Part shown: piece by piece, positions 1 to 12,000 of the stretch | Layout of the letters: every line of letters begins with the position of its first letter | Position numbering within the stretch: position 1 is the first letter of the stretch | Source: Macrostomum hystrix | Lineage: Eukaryota; Animalia; Platyhelminthes | Direction: 5' to 3' | Length of the DNA: 64,000 nucleotides | Assembly (NCBI GenBank): GCA_950097015.1 | Contig: CATNEN010000038.1 | Coordinates: 23,870,001-23,934,000 of the forward strand | Program-made: the position numbers and the translations under genes | Notes under the pieces: generated by a model | The model's database searches: none | What the model was told of the DNA's origin: nothing | Seen by the model: the letters and a program-made list of their open reading frames with translations, nothing else

Positions 1-29
1 CCTGCAAATTTTGTTATTTATTTATCCAG

Positions 30-3000
30 ACACTGAATCGAGCCTTTAAAGCATTCACTTTGCCACATTGCAACACTTTTAGTAATCTCAGCGGTGCCTT
101 CTAGTGTGTCAGTGGATGCTTGTTCTTGGCGCAACGATATGGAAGCCCGTCTGCTCCGTCTAATTCTGGCGGTCATCAACCAGGCCCTGCTAGGCAGAAG
201 GCGACGTAAGAGGGCCGTCAGTAGTGGCACTGTTCAGGTTCAGGTAAGGCGGAGGAGTTCCTCTGTTTAGTTGATTTGATTAGACACTGATACAAAAAAC
301 AATTGCAAGAAATGCAATCATAAATGGACCTTCTGCTACTACCTCTAAACCTCTAAACCAGCTGGTGTCAGCTGAGCGCGTTGTCGGCAGCACTTCCAGC
401 CAGGTCAGACTAGTCTATTACGCAATGCAAGGCGACGCATTTCTTAGCGTTCAACAGGTGACGGATAATCTGCTGGCGATACGGGACAAGGCGCCAATTT
501 TGTTAGGCTATCCAGTGGACATGGTTGCCATGTGTGAGCCAATCGTAGAGTTTGCTAATTCAGCTTATTTCCCAAACACGAACACGTAAAAAAAATTCCT
601 TACGCAGGTGCACACTCGCACAGGTGTGTACATCTGCCCTGATTTTCTCATTGGCAGTCAGTGTACAATCCCAATGAGCCAAACAATAGTACTAATAATT
701 GCAGGAGGGCTGCGGGCAATGGCACATCATTTGGTGACACTAGACCCGCAGCCAGCGAGGAGGCAATTCTGCCCATTTTGCTGACCCCTGAGCACACACG
801 CACTCAGATACCGTGCGCAGGCATTTGCTCGCACATGTGTGTACATCTGCCTTGACTTTCTCATCGTCAGGCAGTGTACACTTCACAAGTTAATATGCAA
901 ATTACTGTTTTGATATTTATGGAGGAAACCAACTTAGGGACCTTGGCGCGAGAGGCAAACGCGTTTAAGGCGTCTGTCACCGACCGTGGTCCCACTGAGC
1001 CTTGTATGGGTTCAAATTTAATTACAATCCCCAAGCCTTTTTACCGAGAAACTGCGCCTCAGGGATTAAACCACCCCTCCCCTGCAGCCTACGATGCTTC
1101 AGTCAACAACTCGAGCGCCAAGCTCTGGATTATCGGCTTAGTGGTCGGCGTTCTCAGCGGCATCATCATCATTGTCTGGGCTGTGCTTCTTATTAATAGA
1201 CGATGTTTGAGACCGAAGAACAGGGCCAATCGGACTGTGGATGTTGTTGCTGAAGAGTTCTACACGGACTCGATGCGACCACGACCAGTGGCTCAGACTC
1301 GAGCGGTGGGTGGCCAATTAGAAATTTTTCATTTCTTGAGATATTGCGGCCTATTTGAAGTATAAAATCGAACACGATCCATCTTCCTATACTGTTTTTT
1401 AAGCATTCTAACCTTCTGGCACAGATCGAAAAGAAACGATTTGTATCGGTTTAGAAAATTTTGATGGCTGTTCCACTAGTTTCACATCTAGCTCGAATGC
1501 ATTATTAGGTGTCACTTCTATGCTGTCCTACGATCGATATTCAATTCTACATTTTTTACGCTACACAAGTGTAAACACCAATTTAAGAGTGCCCGGCTAG
1601 CATATGTACATTTGCGGCGCGGCTTAAAATGTACATGCAAACTCTTTATGGGGCAGACTACCCGTCGATCGATAATTGCAGTTTCTAACGTACTTTAAAA
1701 ACTGTTTCACATAACTGATCGTGTGGCCAAGTTTAGGAAAATGAAGCTAGAGACAATTTTTTTTGCTGCAGAGGACAAACCTAGAAATAGTTTTCATAGA
1801 AACCTATATCTTCAAAAACTACATAAGTATTTCCATCAGACTCTTACCGAACCGCAGTTTTAAAATATCAGAATTTGTCCACTCTGAACCTTGCTCCAAT
1901 CTAAACCTTGATTTAGTACTAAGAGTGCCCGAGGCGAGCGGTGGCTAGCGAATGTACATTCAAATGTACGAGCGTACAGCCCCACCAGCTTTCTTATCTT
2001 CGTCGGGCCTAGTCTAAACCTTGATTAAATCGCAGGAATGCCCGCGACTAGATAATGTACATTTAGCTCGGCCAATATATGTACATTGCCAACCCATTTC
2101 AAGCCCCCCAGATTTTCTTATCTTCGTCAGGCAACACTAGGCCACTGTACCCCTATTTTGTGTTATTGATCTAACGGAGAGAATATTCCAGCTTGAGTCT
2201 TAATGATTTAACGTTTAACGTATTTTGCATAGACTGACTTTTAGCAAGTAAAGGAGACGTTAAGAGAGTCATAGTGCCCCCATTTAGCTGTTTGCATATT
2301 AATGGCTTATCGAACCGACTATAGCCATAGGGCAGCGCGCTAGTTATAGTCTTCTTGTACGCGACAAACTTATTTAGACATGGCTCTTCAGTTGCTATAT
2401 ATATATATATATATACCTACGACTATATGCAGTGAATGTATACGCATATTAGTTGGGATCTGCAGCCAAATTTTCTGTCCGCTATAAAATCCCAAATAGC
2501 TAGGATTCTCCCCTCGTTCTCTCGCCCTCTCTCTCGCCCTGGCAGTGAGGAAGAATAGCCCACCCTTTCTCGCCTTCACGCCGACCCATGTCATACCCAG
2601 ACATAGCCACCATATTACTAATACAACACTATGTAAGAGACTCAAAAACCCCCCTCACCGATCGAGGGAAGCGAGTGCTCGACTGGGGTGGTAAGACTTC
2701 ATTTCTTCTCTTCGAGGGGGGAGTCTGACAGAAAATTTCTTCCTCGAATCTCAACAATATGCTGGTAACTGTTGTCCATCTACATAGAAATTAACATCTC
2801 ACTCATAAGAGATTAAAGATAGTTGGTACATGTCAGATATGTTTCATTAGACACGGGAGAAATGAGACACGGGAGAGATGAGGCACGGGAGAGATGAGAC
2901 ACGGGAGAAATGAGACACGGGAGAGATGAGACACGGGAGAGATGAGACACGGGAGAGACGAGACACGGGAGAGATGAGACACGGGAGAGATGAGACACGG

Positions 3001-6000
3001 GAGAGATGAGACACGGGAAAGATTAGACACACGAGAGATGAGACACGCGAGAGATGAGACACCAGAGAGATGAGACAGAGAGGGATGAGACACGGGAAAG
3101 ATGAGACACGGGAGAGATGAGACAGTAAGGATGAGACACAGGAGAGATGAGACACGGGGGAGATGAGACACGGGAGAGATGAGGCACGGGAGAAATGAGA
3201 CACGCGAGAGATGAGACACGGGAGAGATGAGACATGGGAGAGATGAGACACGGGAGAGATGAAACACGTGAGAGATTTGATGCGGGAGAGATTAGACACG
3301 GGAGCGATGAGACACGGGAGAGATGAGACACGGGAGAGATGAGACACGGGAGCGATGAGACACGGGAGAGATGAGACACGGGAGAGATTAGACACGGGAG
3401 CGATGAGACACGGGAAAGATGAGACACGGGAGTGACAATGGAGGAGACACGGGTGAGATTTGAGTGTGTTTCAGGATCTATGCAACCCCAGTTTAATGAT
3501 AATAATAACTGCACAAGCGCTGCGGGCACATTATTTAGTGACACTAGACCAGCAGCCAGCGAGGATGCAATTCTGCCCATTTCGCTAAATCCTGAGCACA
3601 CGCGCACACAGATACCGTACGCAGGCTCACACTCACACAGGTGTGTACATCTGTCCTGACTTTCTCATCGTCAGACTGTGTACACTCTCATTGTGCCTTG
3701 GAGGTTGGCCCTCAAGGGCGTAAATTGCACGACAAGCCCCCTAGCCTTCTCTCCGCGGCTGCGCCCCAAATGAATGTGGCCTCGCCGTTGAATCGAACTT
3801 AGGGACCTTGGTGCGAGAGGCAAACGCGTTAACTGCTCTGCCACCGACCCAGCGACCCCGCGACGCTGCCCAACGGGATATTCTGCAATGTGAATTGTTC
3901 CCATTCAAGAAAAGAAGTGTCAACGAAATAAGAACAGTCGAAAATTGATCTAAAGTATTGATTTTTTGCTCCGAGAAAAAAACAACAATCCACTTTGGAC
4001 AATTTAGCGACAACGCCAAAAAATTCTTTCAGTAGCAGTTGATTGGGATTGGGAAGAAAATCTAGCTAATCATTGTCGAAACGGACTCATGACTAAGGCT
4101 AATGTGGTGAACGACTTTGTCATAGGAAGTATTGATGCGAATACTTGATTAAATTTTATTCGCCTTTTATTCCCCTATATGCCAAACTGCAGAATCCTAA
4201 TATCATCTACGTCAGCCATGAGATCGACGTAATTGCCGATCGAGTCGCTCGAAGACTGGACGCTCACATGTCAGACATGCTGCGGACTGGGCGGGCCGCG
4301 TCACAACGCGAGCTGGACTCCGGTGTCAGGCCAAGCACAATGGGATCGTCAGCTGCTGCTGCTGCTGCTGCCGATGATGACATGCCGATTGTGTCCGTGC
4401 AGTCAGAGGGGCCAAAGAGGTGTTTAAATTTCCAATGTGATTTTACCTGTATTGATAGGGAACGAAAATTTGTATAGATTGGGATTTAACCCGTATTTAT
4501 TGGTATCTAGACTGTATGAATGGGATCTGGACTGTATGAATGGGATCTAGACTGTATGAATGGGATCTAGACTGTATGAATGGGATCTAGACTGTATGAA
4601 TGGGATCTAGACTGTATGAATGGGATCTAGACTGTATGAATGGGATCTAGACTGTATGAATGGGATCTAGACTGTATGAATGGGATCTAGACTGTATGAA
4701 TGGGATCTAGACTGTATGAATGGGATCTAGACTGTATGAATGGGATCTAGACTGTATGAATGGGATCTAGACTGTATGAATGGGATCTAGACTGTATGAA
4801 TGGGATCTAGACTGTATGAATGGGATCTAGACTGTATGAATGGGATCTAGACTGTATGAATGGGATCTAGACTGTATGAATGGGATCTAGACTGTATGAA
4901 TGGGATCTAGACTGTATGAATGGGATCTAGACTGTATGAATGGGATCTAGACTGTATGAATGGGATCTAGACTGTATGAATGGGATCTAGACTGTATGAA
5001 TGGGATCTGGACTGTATGAATGGGATCTAGACTGTATGAATGGGATCTAGACTGTATGAATGGGATCTAGACTGTATGAATGGGATCTAGACTGTATGAA
5101 TGGGATCTAGACTGTATGTGAATTCATACAGTCCCCAAAATCGCATGCTTTCTGTAAAAATCAATGTAAAAAAATCCATAATTTGCTTTCAAAGGCGTCG
5201 CCTCCCACGAACTCCATCCGAGCTGGAGTCTGACAGTCGGCCGAGAGGCGCCGACGCGGGAGAAGTACAAATGAGAAGACTGGCCGGACCAGGCCTTGGT
5301 GGCCGACCGGCACCCGGTGAGGCTCGGGGTAGGGGTGACTGGGATCAGGGAAATGGGAGGAAGAATAGTGGGGTAAAGATAAGGGGAAGAATGGTGGGGT
5401 AAGGATAAGGGGAAGAATGGTGGGGGAGGGGTTTGGGGAAGAATGGTGGGGTAGGGAGAGGGGGAAGAATGGTGGGGTAAGGATAAGGGGAAGAATGGTG
5501 GGGATGGGTTAGGGGAAGAATGGTGGGGTAGGGAGAGGGGGAAGAATGGTGGGGTAAGGATAAGAGGAAGAATGGTGGGGATGGGTTAGGGGAAGAATGG
5601 TGGGGTAGAGAGAGGGGGAAGAATGGTGAGTAGGGTTTAGGGGAAGAATGGTGGGTAGGGTTTAGGGGAAGAATGGTGGGGAGGGGTTAGGGGAAGAATG
5701 GTGGGGTAGGGAGAGGGGGGAGAATTGTGGGTAAAGTTTAGGGGAAGAATGGTGGGGAGGGGTTAGGGGAAGAATGGTGGGGTAGGGAGAGCGTGAAGAA
5801 TGGTGGCTAGTATAGGGTTTAGGGGAAGAATGGTGGGTAGGGTTTAGGGGAAGAATGGTGGGTAGGGTTTAGGGGAAGAATGGTGGGTAGGGTTTAGGGG
5901 AAGAATGGTGGGTAGGGTTTAGGGGAAGAATGGTGGGGTAGGGAGAGGGGGAAGAATGGTGGGTAGGGTTTAGGGGAAGAATGGTGGGTAGGGTTTAGAG

Positions 6001-9000
6001 GAAAAATGGTGGGTAGGGGTTAGGGGAAGAATGGTGGGGTAGGGAGAGGGGGGAGAATGGTGGGGTAGGGAGGGGGGAGAATGGTGGGGTAGGGAGAGGG
6101 GGGAGAATGGTGGGGTAGGGAGGGGGGAAGAATGGTGGGGTAGGGAGAGGGGGGAGAAGGGTGGGGTAGGGTTTAGGAGAAGAATGTTGGGTAGGGGTAA
6201 GGGGAAGAATGGTGGGGATGGGTTAGGGGAAGAATGGTAAGAAAGGGTTGATGTTTTAAAGTAAAATCCCGGAGAAAACTATAAGAATTAGATTAGAAAA
6301 ATGATCGAGATACACAAGGGGATATAGAATTCCAAAAAGAAAGCTGAAATTGTTAGAGAATGTGTAGAAGAAGCATGCCCTAGAGTGTGTGAGAGTTTTA
6401 ACTGGGCCTCGGTTAGTGACAGGGATAGAAAAGGACTTGAGGGAGGAGAGAGAACGGTAGAGATTTGCCGCCCACGCGTTCCACATGTCTAGGCTCATTT
6501 CTAGCCGCTCCCAGAGCGAAAAAAACTCCCGCAAAAAGATGAAGAAGCCCTCCAAATAATCCAGTCCCATTCGCTCTCTCCTCACCAGCAGGCCAGTCCA
6601 AGAGCATCGACCGAGGCCGCAGGAGGCACGAGGTGAGGCCGAGGCTGAGACCACGGGCTGATGTTTTTTCTCCCTCAAAATATATGAGCACTAAAGTACG
6701 CCCACCGGCTCAAATCTAGTTTCTTGTTTATAAATATAGTTTATTTTCTAGTTTCCGTCTCTTTATTTTCTAGTTTCCGTCTGTTTATTTTCTAGTTTCT
6801 GTCTGTTTATTTTCTAGTTTCCATCTTGCTTATTTTCTAGTTTCTGTCTGTTTATTTTCTGGCTTCCATCTTGTTTATTTTCTAGTTTCCATCTTGTTTA
6901 TTTTCTTGTTTTCGTCTTGTTTTTTTTTCTAGTTTCCATCTTGTTTACTTCTAGTTTCCATCTTGTTTACTTCTAGTTTCCATCTTGTTTACTTCTAGTT
7001 TCCATCTTGTTTACTTCTAGTTTCCATCTTGTTTACTTCTAGTTTCCATCTTGTTTACTTCTAGTTTCCATCTTGTTTACTTCTAGTTTCCATCTTGTTT
7101 ACTTCTAGTTTCCATCTTGTTTACTTCTAGTTTCCATCTTGTTTACTTCTAGTTTCCATCTTGTTTATTTTATTGTTTTTTCTTGCCTTTTTTCTACTTT
7201 CATTCTTGTTTATTTCCTAGTTTCCATCTTGTTTATTTTCTAGTTTCCGTCTTGTTTATTTTATTGTTTCCATCTTGTTTATTTTCTTGTTTTCTCTTGC
7301 CTTTTTTCTAGTTTCATTCTTGTTTTTTTTCTAGTTTCCATATTATTTTTTTTCTAGTTTCCATCTAGTTTATTATCTAGCTTCTATTTTGTTTCTTTCT
7401 CGTTGCCTCTCTTGTTTCCATCTAGTTTGTTTTCGAATTTCTTTCTTCTTGACTTTTTAGTTTAGTTTAGTTGAGTTTTTGTTTTTGTTTAAACCCGTTT
7501 TTTTCTTTCATTTTTATTCCGTCTAGTTTTAGTCTAGTTTTAGTCTAGTTTTAGTCTAGTTTTAATCTAGTTTTAGTCTAGTTTTAGTCTAGTTTTAGTC
7601 TAGTCTCAGTCTAGTTTTAGTCTAGTTTTAGTCTAGTTTTAGTCTAGTCTCAGTCTAGGTTTTGTCTAGTTTTAGTCTAGTCTCAGTCTAGTTTTTGTCT
7701 AGTTTTAGTCTAGTTTTAGTCTAGTTTTAGTCTAGTCTCAGTCTAGTTTTAGTCTAGTTTTAGTCTAGTTTTAGTCTAGTCTCAGTCTAGTTTTAGTCTA
7801 GTTTTAGTCTAGTTTTAGTCTAGTCTCAGTCTAGTTTTAGTCTAGTTTTAGTCTAGTTTTAGTCTAGTTTTAGTCTAGTTTTAGTCTAGTTTTAGTCTAG
7901 TTTTAGTCTAGTTTTAGTCTAGTTTTAGTCTAGTTTTAGTCTAGTTTCAGTCTAGTTTTAGTCTAGTTTTAGTCTAGTTTTAGTCTAGTTTTAGTCTAGT
8001 TTTAGTCTAGTTTTAGTCTAGTTTTAGTCTAGTTTCAGTCTAGTTTTAGTCTAGTTTTAGTCTAGTTTTAGTCTAGTTTTAGTCTAGTTTTAGTCTAGTT
8101 TTAGTCTAGCCTCTATCTAGACCCAATGAAAGTTTTTTATAGATAGAAATGTATCGCTTATATTTGCTTCTAACGACGAATAGGCTCCATAGCAGACCAT
8201 TTCAATAAAGAAAAATCTCAGACGGATTCGATGTTGATATATTTTTTGCGCAACCAAAAAAGTACAGTCACAAACGAACTTCATCCTCTCGAGCGAGACA
8301 GTTATTTATTTCCCTCCGTTCGCTTCGTTATTCGGCCTAGACGCTTTAGATAATTATCATGCACTTTAAAAACTAACCGCTTGTAGGACCAGTATTATAC
8401 TGACTTTGCAAAGCCATGAGCTGTGTTCATTAAAGCCTGTTTGTCGAGATAGATAGTGTTTGGGAAACTGCAGAAGACATGGAAAGAGATGAGAAAGACT
8501 TTAGAGATGTAGAGAGTTTAGAGATGGAGAGATGAGAGATGGAGAGAGGAGAGATGGAGAGATGAGAGATGGAGAGAGGAGAGATGGAGAGATGAGAGAT
8601 GAAGAGATGAGAGATGGAGAGATGAGAGATGGAGAGATGAGAGATGGAGAGATGAGAGATGGAGAGATGAGAGATGAGAGATGGAGAGATGGAGAGATGA
8701 GAGATGGAGAGATGAGAGATGGAGAGATTAGAGATGGAGAGATTAGAGAGGGAGAGAAGATGGAGAGATGAGAGATTAGAGAGGGAGAGAAGATGGAGAG
8801 ATGAGAGATTAGAGAGGGAGAGAAGATGGAGAGATGAGAGATGGAGAGATGAGAGATGGAGAGATTAGAGATGGAGAGATGAGAGATGGAGAGATGAGAG
8901 ATGAGAGATGGAGAGATGGAGAGATGAGAGATAGAAGATGGAGATATTAGAGATGGAGAGATTAGAGATGGAGAGATTAGAGAGGGAGAGATGAGAGATG

Positions 9001-12000
9001 GAGAGATGAGAGATGGAGGGATGAGAGCTAGAGAGATGAGAGATGGAGAGATTAGAGATGGAGAGATGAGAGATGGACAGATGAGAGATGGAGAGATGAG
9101 AGATGGAGAGATTAGAGATGGAGAGATGAGAGATGGAGAGATGAGAGATGGACAGATGAGAGATGGAGAGATTAGAGATGGAGAGATGAGAGATGGAGAG
9201 ATGAGAGATTGAGAGATTAGAGATGGAGAGATGAGAGATGGAGAGATGAGAGATGAGAGATGGAGAGATGAGAGATGGAGAGATTAGAGAGGGAGAGATG
9301 AGAGATGGAGAGATGAGAGATGGAGAGATTAGAGAGGGAGAGATGAGAGATGGAGAGATGAGAGATGGAGGGATGAGAGCTAGAGAGATGAGAGATGGAG
9401 AGATTAGAGATGGAGAGATGAGAGATGGAGAGATGAGAGATGGACAGATGAGAGATGGAGAGATTAGAGATGGAGAGATGAGAGATGGAGAGATGAGAGA
9501 TTGAGAGATTAGAGATGGAGAGATGAGAGATGGAGAGATGAGAGATGAGAGATGGAGAGATGAGAGATGGAGAGATGAGAGATGGAGAGATGAGATATGG
9601 AGAGATGAGAGATAAGGAGATGAGAGATTGAGAGATAATAGAGAGATGGAGATATGAAATATGGAGAGATGGAGAGAGATTAGAGATAAGTAGATAAAAA
9701 TTGGGGAAAAATATGCAGAGATCAGAATTCAAGTTTTAGTTGAAGTTCAAGTTTGGGTTCAAGTTTTAGTATAGCAGTTGAGAAAAAATGCTATACGAAA
9801 TTTACTTATTAATTTACAAGCACTTATTGTGTGGTTATCGACTGAATTAATTATAACCCAAAATTATAATCGATTTTAATTTTTTCATGATTTTTTGTTA
9901 TAAACAACTTCAATAATTTCAACAGGAGCGAGTCTGAACTAAAAGCTAATTGATTTCACCAATTCAATGAGCGGCCCTAATCGAACTCACAAATGAACCA
10001 CAATTTTTCGTTTTACTACACATACTTTGGTACATTTTTTACAAACGTCTAAACTTCTCTAAAAATGAACTTCAAACAAATTTACGAAAATGTGGTAGTA
10101 TGGTTGTTTTAGTCAATTAGTAAAAAATTCTTTTTTTAATTTAAAGTTGAACTTTCGTTGACAGTAGAAAGACAACGTCATTTTCCCCCTGGGAAAAGTC
10201 CATTTCTAAAAGTCCATTTCTAAAGTCAACGATATGCACTTTCCAAAATTTTCCGCGAGAAAAATGTGGGTATTCGAAATTGCCCTGTGGTCTACTGTTA
10301 AGGGTGGATGGTAATTTCCTTGTTGCAAAAATAACAATAACCTGTTTCTCTTTTTTGGGATCAGATTTTTTAGACTTTTTAGTTTTTACCTAAAATTGCC
10401 TCGGAGTTAAAGTTTTTATTTAAAACTGCACAGCTGACTTTTTTAAATCGAGTTTCTGTAGTGACGGAAGCGAGTTTTCTGAAGGAGAGGAAAATGAGCA
10501 ATTTTAATCCCACAGGAGATGGAACGTCAAAGAAACAAGGAGAGACTGCGCAGTCGCCAGGCAAGCTGTCAGGAGGAAGCTGTCAGGTAAGCCGCGAAGC
10601 TGTCACGTGACATTCCGCTTTCTTAGAAAACAAAAAAATCTCAAATACGTCCAGAGCTTTAGAAAATCCTATTTTACTGAAGGATTATTTGTCTAAGGAT
10701 CGACTGATCGAGACTAAAAATGGCCAAACTTGACGGGATCAAGTCCCTGGAATTTAACCTATATAGCATCGAATTTCCCCAAAAATTATTATCGTTTTAT
10801 AACGTCTTAAAGATCGAGATCTCTTGACGATTCCCCCTAAAAATGACCTTGAATTCACTTGTAGAGAATGGGATTCCCCTTTTAGAAAACGGCTTTTAAT
10901 TTACATTTAAATATAGGATTAAAATGTTATAAAATAATCCCTTATAAAATAACCTTGATTCCGGTATAAAATGGGATTCTCCATTAGAAATGACCTTGAC
11001 TCACGTAGACGATGGGATTCTCCATTAGAAATGACCTTGACTCACGTAGACGATGGGATTCTCCATTAGAAATGACCTTGACTCACGTAGACGATGGGAT
11101 TCTCTATTAGAAATGACCTTGACTCACGTAGACGTTGGGATTTTCCATTAGAAATGACCTTGACTCACGTACACGATGGGATTCTCCATTAGAAATGACC
11201 TAAACATTAGAAAGAGAATGGAATTCCCTCATGAAAACGGCCTTCTTCCACATTAGTAAATGTGACTACCTAAGAATCGACCTTGAGTTCACTGAAAGAA
11301 TGGTATTTTCCTAAAAAATCTTTAAAAAACCAAGTAACCACATCAGAGTAGAGAATTTTGGCTTTTTTATCAAGACTCTGTCCTTAGATGAAATTTTTTC
11401 GCTGACAAAAATAGATTCGCGAAATCCCAGGGGGGGACACTGGCACGTGTAATTGATTTATTATTGATCGCGAATTGATTTCGGGGCAGTGAAGAGGCAC
11501 AAATTGCAGTATAGTGTGTTGGCTCACAATATGCAAGTTAGAGTAGAAAAATAACTTGAGTATAGGCGAACTTCAAACTATTTTTTCCTGAGTTTTCTCC
11601 TTTTTCCTGTCTTCCTCCAAGACTGAAGAAGTCGGATAAAAACTCGGACTCGATTGAGCAGACAACTCCCGACGTATCTGATAGCTCGTCCAGGCTGTTG
11701 AGAACGTGAGCACCTGATTATTTGGCTACATTCGCGGGGACATTGTGAAGGAGACAGGGCGAGGGACACAGGGAGAGGGAGACAGGGAGAGGGAAACAGG
11801 GAGAGGGAGACAGGGAGAGGGAGACAGAGAGAGGGCGACAGGGAGAGGGAGACAGGGAGAGGGAGACAGGGAGAGGGAGACAGGGAGAGGGAGACAGGGA
11901 GAGGGAGACAGGGAGAGGGAGACAGGGAGAGGGAGACAGAGAGAGGGAGACAGGGAGAGGGAGACAGGGAGAGGGAGACAGAGAGAGGGAGACAGGGAGA

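Noticed and set aside
5350-6240. Interstitial telomere
   Set aside because: TTAGGG occurs only singly within a longer unit, never as a tandem run.
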